NCBI GenBank assembly: GCA_007133145.1
Contig: SLNF01000317.1
Coordinates: 1 to 37,459, forward strand
From: Nitriliruptorales bacterium
GTDB taxonomy: Bacteria > Actinomycetota > Nitriliruptoria > Euzebyales > Egibacteraceae
Direction of reading: 5' to 3'
Length of the DNA: 37,459 nucleotides
Made by a program: the position numbers and the translations under genes. Positions 29,154-35,253 of the stretch are shown here, piece after piece. The notes beneath the pieces were generated by a model, which was not told where the DNA came from, searched no databases, and saw only the letters and a list, made by a program, of their open reading frames with translations. Numbering within the stretch: position 1 is the first letter of the stretch; the number at the start of each line of letters is the position of its first letter.

Positions 29154-29924
29154 TCACGCCGCGAGCAGCCGCCGCAGCGAGGCGAGGTCGTGGAACCCCT
29201 CGGTGTTGCGCACGTCGGTCCCGGCGATCACCGTCGCAGGCTGACCCGGGTCGCCGAGGCTGTCGACGACGGTGGCGGCGCTGGGGAAGGCCTCGTCCTT
29301 CGTGAAGTCGTTCACCGTTACGAGGTGGGTCAGGCCTGCGCGCTCGGCCGCGGTGGCGCCGGGCCGTGAGTCCTCGATGACGACCGTGCGGGAGCGGTCG
29401 AGTCCCACCTCGGCGAGCGCGAGCTCGTAGATGTCGGGGTGGGGCTTCTTGCGCTCGACGATGTCGCCGGCGAACACCCCGCCCATGCGCTCGACCGCGT
29501 CGTCGCCGACGACGCTGCGCACGACGGCCTCGACGCTGCGCGGCGAGGACGTCGATGCCACCGCGACCCGCCAGCCCTCGTCGAGCGCGGCGTGGACGAG
29601 GCGACGCACGCCAGGCCGGCCCGGCATGGCGCCGGCGTCGACGAGCTCGACGTAGACCTCGCTCTTGCGGCGGTGCAGCGCGAGGACGTGCTCCTCGAGC
29701 GCCTCACCGCTGCCGAGTCCGAGCTCGGGGTGCTGTGCGAAGTAGGTCCGGAGGCGCTCCTTGCCGCCGGGGACGTCGAGCAGCTCCCGGTACTCCTCGA
29801 CCGACCAGGTGAGGTCGTAACCGAGGTCGGCGAAGGCCCGGTTGAAGGCGACGAGGTGCCCGTCACGCTCGGTGTCGGCGATGGTGCCGTCGCAGTCGAG
29901 TAGGAGCCCGTAGCGGTCACTCAC
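29154..29924 (-). CDS. HAD-superfamily hydrolase, subfamily IA (CbbY/beta-phosphoglucomutase-like phosphatase)
   Basis: C-terminal part of ORF 29154..30515. GTG at 29924 overlaps the aldolase stop (GTGA). Shows LLLDCDGTIADTE, VASTSS, KKPHPDIY and EDSRPG. Confidence 0.82.
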   Translation of the reverse strand: MSDRYGLLLDCDGTIADTERDGHLVAFNRAFADLGYDLTWSVEEYRELLDVPGGKERLRTYFAQHPELGLGSGEALEEHVLALHRRKSEVYVELVDAGAMPGRPGVRRLVHAALDEGWRVAVASTSSPRSVEAVVRSVVGDDAVERMGGVFAGDIVERKKPHPDIYELALAEVGLDRSRTVVIEDSRPGATAAERAGLTHLVTVNDFTKDEAFPSAATVVDSLGDPGQPATVIAGTDVRNTEGFHDLASLRRLLAA

Positions 29925-30805
29925 GCTCCGGCCCTCCCCGCCGCCCGCACGGCCTTGCCCTCGCAACCGAAGAGCACGAGGTGCTCGGCGATGGCCTCGC
30001 GGACCCCGTCGAAGACCGCATCGAGGAGCTTGATCGGCTCGTGCTTGCCGGTGCGCTCGGCCTCCTCGAGGTAGGCGGCGGCCGAGGAGGTGTAGGCGAG
30101 CTTGAGCGCGGTCGAGACGTTGATCTTCGCCACGCCCGCCTCGATGAAGGTCGCGAAGTCCTCGGCGGTGAGTCCCGTGCCGCCGTGGAGCACGAGCGGC
30201 AGATCGGTGAGGGCGCGGAGCTCGCGCGCACGGTCGAAGCGCAGCCTCGGTGCGGTCTTGTACATGCCGTGGGCGGTGCCGAGGGCGGGCGCGAGGAGGT
30301 CGGCACCGGACGCGTGGGCGAAGTGCACGAGGCGCTCGACGTCGTAGGGCTCCATCTCCTCGTCCGAGCCGACGTCGTCCTCGACCCCCGTGATGTTCTC
30401 GATCTCGCACTCCACCGAGGCGCCGAGGGCGTGCGCCTCCCCGACGACCTCGGTGGTCTCGCGCAGCGCGTCGTCGTAGCCGCGGTCGGAGGCGTCGAAG
30501 AGCACCGAGGACCATCCGGCCTCGAGGGTCTCGGTGATGACGGAACGGTCGGGGCAGTGGTCGAGGTGCAGGGTCACCGGGACGCTCGCAGCCTCCGCGA
30601 CGGTGCGGACCGTGCTCTCGAGGAGGGCCGAGCCCATGCTGCGCACGGTCTTCACCGACGTCTGGAGGATCACCGGTGCGCTGACCCGCTCGGCGGCGGC
30701 GACCACCGCGCGCACCGAGACGTCGTCGACGACGTTGACCGCGGCCACGGCGTAGCCGTCGTCCCGGGCGGTCCTCACCACCTCGAGTGTCGTGGCCAGT
30801 GGCAT
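29921..30805 (-). CDS. Class II ketose-bisphosphate aldolase family protein (FbaA/KbaY/GatY-like)
   Basis: C-terminal part of ORF 29921..31513. ATG at 30805 has GGAGAGGAGAGG upstream. Shows ILQTS, HLDH and LVLHGGTG. Confidence 0.88.
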   Translation of the reverse strand: MPLATTLEVVRTARDDGYAVAAVNVVDDVSVRAVVAAAERVSAPVILQTSVKTVRSMGSALLESTVRTVAEAASVPVTLHLDHCPDRSVITETLEAGWSSVLFDASDRGYDDALRETTEVVGEAHALGASVECEIENITGVEDDVGSDEEMEPYDVERLVHFAHASGADLLAPALGTAHGMYKTAPRLRFDRARELRALTDLPLVLHGGTGLTAEDFATFIEAGVAKINVSTALKLAYTSSAAAYLEEAERTGKHEPIKLLDAVFDGVREAIAEHLVLFGCEGKAVRAAGRAGA

Positions 30806-30854
30806 CTGCCTCTCCTCTCCCGGCACGCCGCGGCGTGCGTCCTGCTCGGTCGTG

Positions 30855-31665
30855 TCAGTCCGCCGCGTCACGTGCGCCGGCCCGTGCGCGCTGCACCTCG
30901 GCGGCGGTGGCGAGGAACGTCTCCGGATCGAGGCCCGCGCGCCCGAGGAAGATACCCTGCGGCACCGGCAGCGATGCCGCCACGGCGGCGTCGGCGATGT
31001 CGGAGAAGGTGCCGGGGCGGGCGCTGCCGCCGTAGAGCACGCGCGTCCGCCGCACATGGCGGGTCGCGAGCTCGCGGATGCTCGCCACGGCCTCGACGAC
31101 ATGGCCGCTGGGCGCCGGGTCGGTCTGCCCGATCGCCCACGTCGGCTCGTAGGCGATGACGAGCTCACCGTGGTCGGGCAAGCGCGCGAGGCCGACCTCG
31201 AGTTGCTGGGACCACAACCTCTCGGCACGGGGGCCCGGCTCAGGCTCACCGACGATGAGGATCGGCACGAGGCCCGCGGCGGCGGCCCGCGCGATCTTGT
31301 CGGGCACCGCCGCCGACTCCTTGGGGGCTGCGCCGGACGCGCTCGGGGTGCCCGACCATGACGTAGCGCACCCCGAGCTCGGCGAGGAGCTCGGCGGAGA
31401 CCTCCCCGGTGAAGGCCCCGGGTGGGCTCGCCGAGACGTCCTGCGCCCCGAGGGCGACCCCGGTCGCGACGAGCTCGGCGCCGAGCACCGGGATGAGGGG
31501 AAACGCCGGGCACACGTAGAGGCCCTCGTCGTCGACCTCCCCGGCCTCGGCCGCTCCCGCCACCCGCTGGCCCCAGCGACGGGCGACCGTGAGGTCGAAG
31601 GAGCTCTTGGAGCTACGGCCCACGAGCGTCTGCGGCAGCACGTCCCGCTTCACCCTTCCGCTCAT
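30855..31665 (-). pseudogene. Triosephosphate-isomerase-family gene (TpiA2/EryH/LerI-like) interrupted by one frameshift
   Basis: The N-terminal part is at the end of ORF 31246..32169 ([22 protein letters not shown]...[27 protein letters not shown]). The C-terminal part is ORF 30855..31307 (...LVIAYEPTWAIGQ...VLYGGS...). The frames meet at the G5 run 31323-31327. The total span is 811 nt (3n+1), so removing one base restores ...[22 protein letters not shown]... Confidence 0.7.
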
Positions 31666-31704
31666 CGATTCCCTGCGTCGCCAACATACCCTGTGATGTA
31701 CGTT

Positions 31705-31714
31705 CCTGTACAGG
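31705..31714. promoter_or_regulatory. Perfect 10-bp palindrome CCTGTACAGG, a candidate operator in a divergent promoter region
   Basis: Read directly. It lies in a locally AT-richer stretch (aacataccctgtgatgtacgttcctgtacagg), with a second TGTAC 12 nt upstream, between the TIM-like start (31665) and the GlpD-like start (31816). Confidence 0.3.
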
Positions 31715-31815
31715 CAGTGGAGGACCGCGGGCGTCGCGCTCAGCGCCGCCGGGCTGGTGGCGCGGCGCCGTCGGGTTGCGCCCGTCCACCTCGAGGCGAA
31801 GGAGCGGTGGTTCGG

Positions 31816-31976
31816 ATGACGGGCATCAGCCGGGCACGACCGGCCTACCTCGCAGCCGGACGGCCCCTCGACGTCGCCATCGTCGGGGGCGGGATCAACG
31901 GCGTGGTGATCGCCCGCCACGCGGCGATGCGCGGCTCTTCCTCGGGCTGTTCGAGAGGCACGACTTCTCCTCGTCG
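31816..31976 (+). pseudogene. 5' fragment of an FAD-dependent glycerol-3-phosphate dehydrogenase-like (GlpD/EryB-like) gene
   Basis: AAGGAG at 31799-31804 and ATG at 31816 precede [40 protein letters not shown] (Rossmann GGGxxG). After a frameshift near 31930 it continues as [13 protein letters not shown]. Similarity ends near 31976. Confidence 0.6.
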
Positions 31977-31984
31977 CTCTGCTG

Positions 31985-32277
31985 CGAGGCCCAGACGATC
32001 GCGTGTGGATGGGCTGCCCGGTGTCCTTCCCCAACACGACCGCGGTCTCGCGCTGGTTGGTGGGACCGAGGGAGGCGAGATCGTCGGCCCGGATCGTTGC
32101 CCGGCGCATCGATCCCGGAGGGTCTCGCGCTGGACGCGCACGATCTCCTCGGGGTCGTGCTCGATCCACGCGGGGTGGGGATCGTGCCGTAGGAGCCCGG
32201 CTGCAGCGACGCCGAGGGGCTCACCGTCCTCATTGACGACGAAGGTCCGCGCTCCCGTCGGTACCCGCGACTGACAT
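31985..32277 (-). pseudogene. 5' fragment of a second FGGY kinase (glycerol-kinase-like) with several frameshifts
   Basis: My manual minus-strand translation starts at ATG 32277 and finds these pieces in three frames: MSVAGT / [49 protein letters not shown] / [36 protein letters not shown] / AIVW. NQRET..VW......G.PI..AIVW is the GlpK N-domain signature. Similarity ends near 31990. Confidence 0.6.
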
Positions 32278-32416
32278 CGGCACGGTTCGCCGCCACTCGA
32301 GGTGGACGGCCTGGGCGGGCCCTGAGGTGCCCCCCGGATGCCAGCAGGACCGTCGTGGCACGGTCATGGCCAGGCGACGGGGCAATCGGGGTGCACGGTG
32401 GGCCGAGACCGTTGCC

Positions 32417-33699
32417 ATGATGGAGGTTCGAGGCCTCGTGAGCGACTCGTCGATCACCCGCGCGTCGCGCGCTCGCCGATGGCGCGGGCCTACCCGGGGC
32501 TGCCGCTCGAGCACCTCCACGTCGGCGCCGGGGCCCTCGAGGTGCTCCCCCGAGCTCGTCGCCGGCCTCGACGTCGCGGGCACCGCCGCGTTCGTCCACG
32601 CGGCCAGCCCCGAACGCGACCTCGACCGCCTCGTCGCCGAGGCCAGGGAGCTCCTCGGATCCGACCTCGAGCTGCGCGAGATCTCCCCGCGCAGCGGCCC
32701 CCACGGGGTCGTGCTCGACGAGGCCACCGTCGAGGAGGCGGTCGAGGCTGCCGCCGGGGTCGCCCTCGTCGTCGCCGTCGGCAGCGGCACGGTCTGCGCG
32801 ACCTCGCGAAGGCCGTCGCCGCGCGAGCGGAGGCCCCGCTCGTCGCCGTGCAGTCCGCCGCGTCGGTCAACGGCTACGCCAACGGCCTGTCGGTGCTCAT
32901 GCGCCGGGGTATCAAGCGCACGACGTCGACGGTCTCACCCTTTGCCCTGCTCATCGACCCCGACGTCCTCGCCGCGGCGCCGGAGCGGCTGACACAGGCC
33001 GACGTCGCCGAGCTCGAGGCTGCGGCGGCCGACCGCGGGATGGACCCGCTCATCAACGCGCTCACCGTCGGCGGGCTCGCGATCGCCGCGGCGCACTCGA
33101 CCGCGCCGCTGTCGGGCTCGGAGCACCTCATGAGCCACGTCGTCGACATGGTCGCCGCGCACCGCCACGACGCCCACGACTTCCACGGCGCGCAGGTCGG
33201 GGCCGGCGCGGTGGTCTTCGCCGCGCTGTGGCGCCACCTCCTCGCCGATCCCGCGCACGTCCACCGGCCCGACGGTCCGCCGCGCCCGACGCCCTCCGAT
33301 CTCGAGGAGCGCAGTCGACGGGCCTGGGAGGCGGTCGACCCCGGCGGAGGCCTGGGGCGGGACTGCTGGGCGGTGGCCGGCGGCAAGTGGCAGTCGCTGC
33401 TCGCCGACTCCACCGCCGTCGACGCGCTGCTCGCGACCTGGGGGGAGCATCTCGTCGCGCTCGACGGGGTGATCGACGCCGTCGACCGGCCGCTCGCCAC
33501 ACTCGAGGCCTGGGGGGCGCCGACGGCCTTCGCCGATCTCGATCCCGCACGCGACGACGACGCCGTGCGCTGGGTCCTGCGGGCCCTGCCGTTCGTCCGC
33601 GACCGCTTCACCGTCGTCGACCTCCTCGTCCTCACGGGACGATGGGACGACGAGCTCATCGACCACCTCGTCGCCGCGTCCCACGCCTCGACGCGATAA
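32417..33699 (+). pseudogene. Second G1PDH-like (Fe-ADH_2) gene, disrupted by at least two frameshifts and an apparent internal deletion
   Basis: The pieces lie in ORFs 32338..33699 and 32327..32992. ...HLHVGAGALEVLP joins ELVAGLDV... at a C5 run (32547-32551, one extra C). ...VAVGSGTVC joins DLAKAVA... with one base missing near 32798-32799. GSEHLMSHVVD is retained, but the SGxGD...K segment seen in the intact copy is absent. The start is uncertain (ATG 32417 or 32479). Confidence 0.65.
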
Positions 33700-33703
33700 C
33701 CGC

Positions 33704-34315
33704 TCAGGCGCGGCCGGTCGCGCCGGTCCCGCCCCAGCGCTCACGGTGGACGGCGTCACGGCGTGGTCTGCGCTGCGACGACCCGACGGGTCGCTCGTCG
33801 GCGTGGCGGGTCCCGAGGGTGACGACCCCCAGCGGCACGACCTCCTCGGGGATGCCGAGATGGGTGCGCAGGCCGGCGCGGTCGGCGATGTCGACGAACC
33901 CGGCATCGAGGCCCTCGTCGACCGCGGCGAGCAGGAGGAGCATGAGCATCGCGCCGCCGTCGACCCACCAGAACGGGACGTCCCAGGCACGCGGGAGCCG
34001 TGAGCCGGTCTTGTCGGGCTCGGCGTAGCGCGCGTGGTAGGCCGCCTCGGCGACGCAGGGCACGAGGTGGACCGGGGCGGAGGACAGCCAGGCGGGCCGC
34101 CCTGCGGCGAGGTGCGTGGGCTCGTCGCAGCAGCGCGCGATCGCCTCGCGGCCCCCGTCCGTGGTCACGCAGACGATCGACTGCCCCTGGCTGAAGCCGG
34201 CGCTCGGCGCGCGCGAGGCGGCGTCGAGCACCCGGGCGAGCGCGTCCTCGGGCACCGGTGTGCCGTCGTAGCGGCGCACCATGCGCCGACGCCGGACGAC
34301 CTCAGCGAACTCCAT
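33704..34315 (-). CDS. Nitroreductase-family protein
   Basis: ORF 33704..34315. Shows the N-terminal VVRRRRMVRRYDGTPVPEDALARVLDAASRAPSAGFSQG, typical of the family. Confidence 0.85.
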   Translation of the reverse strand: MEFAEVVRRRRMVRRYDGTPVPEDALARVLDAASRAPSAGFSQGQSIVCVTTDGGREAIARCCDEPTHLAAGRPAWLSSAPVHLVPCVAEAAYHARYAEPDKTGSRLPRAWDVPFWWVDGGAMLMLLLLAAVDEGLDAGFVDIADRAGLRTHLGIPEEVVPLGVVTLGTRHADERPVGSSQRRPRRDAVHRERWGGTGATGRA

Positions 34316-34336
34316 GGTCGTCCCGGGGCGACGGGC

Positions 34337-35242
34337 TCACGTCCCCTGCCCGACCTCGTCGACGGTGACGCGCCACCAGCCGGCGAGGAGCCGGGCGTGG
34401 TTGACCGCCGGGGTGGCGTAGAGACGCCGCCCGACGGCGAGGGCGCGCTCGCGCAGGGGCTCGCGCGCGGCCTCGAGACGCCGGGCGAGCTCGGCGGCCT
34501 CCTCGTCGCCGACCTCGCTGCGACGCCCGGTGAAGCGCGCCTCGAGGACGACGAGATCGTGGTCGGTGCCGAGCGCCTCGCTGATGACGTGGGCCTCGTC
34601 GGCGAGCGCGACGATCGTCGGGCGCCACGCCGCGCGCAGCAGCAGCAGGTGGTACCAGCTGTCCTTGACCCGCTTGCGCCACTCGTGGAGGGCTTCGTCG
34701 TCGCCGGGCGCGGCGAGCGTGGCGGCCAGCGCCTTGCGGCCGGCGCGGTGCGTGCGCGCGACCCCGTCGGTGAGGACCTCGGCGTCGACGTCGAGCCGCC
34801 AGGAAGGGGCGGCCTCGCGTATCGCCGTGAGGCCGGCGAGGGCGGCCTCGACGACCTCGGGGCTGCCGATGTCGGCGCGGGCCCGGTCGAGGTCCTCGAG
34901 CAACTCACTGCGGAAGCCGGCGACGAGGTCGTCGGGGCCGCGGAGCCGGTCGAGGGTGGCGAGGACGACCTCGGCGTCGCGCACCGGCGCGAGCCGCCGT
35001 CCGCTGTCGCGCAGCGCCGTCTGCGCGGCCTTCGCCTCACCCTTGCGCATCCCCCGCCGGGCGAGGCGCAGCACCGCACGGACCTCCTTGAGGCGCTTGC
35101 GGGCCTCGTGCACGGCCTCTCCGAAGGGCTCCCCGCCGCCCTCGAGGCGGGCGCGCGCGTCGTCGACACCGGCGATCGCGAGGCGACGGACCTCCTCGGC
35201 GGGCGGGGCGGCCGGATCGAGCTCGAAACGCACGGCGGACAT
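34337..35242 (-). CDS. CHAD-domain protein
   Basis: Lies within ORF 34337..35416, with ATG at 35242. Shows a helical Arg/Lys/His-rich pattern (VHEARKRLKEVRAVLRL...LHEWRKRVKDSWYHLLLL...) characteristic of CHAD. Confidence 0.8.
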   Translation of the reverse strand: MSAVRFELDPAAPPAEEVRRLAIAGVDDARARLEGGGEPFGEAVHEARKRLKEVRAVLRLARRGMRKGEAKAAQTALRDSGRRLAPVRDAEVVLATLDRLRGPDDLVAGFRSELLEDLDRARADIGSPEVVEAALAGLTAIREAAPSWRLDVDAEVLTDGVARTHRAGRKALAATLAAPGDDEALHEWRKRVKDSWYHLLLLRAAWRPTIVALADEAHVISEALGTDHDLVVLEARFTGRRSEVGDEEAAELARRLEAAREPLRERALAVGRRLYATPAVNHARLLAGWWRVTVDEVGQGT

Positions 35243-35253
35243 CCCTCTTCGGC

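Noticed and set aside
32417-32440. ggaggttcgaggcctc resembling a tRNA T-arm (GGTTCGA).
   Set aside because: No acceptor or anticodon stems can be built around it, and it lies inside the G1PDH-like pseudogene's 5' region.
27988-32800. Explaining all gene disruptions in the island as homopolymer sequencing errors.
   Set aside because: - Three frameshifts do sit in G/C runs (27988-27993, 31323-31327, 32547-32551) and could be errors.
- However, the truncated GlpD-like and FGGY stumps, the missing E1 alpha and most of E1 beta, and the in-frame internal deletions cannot be read errors.
- The roughly 30 other genes in the window show no frameshifts.
- Resequencing is still recommended.
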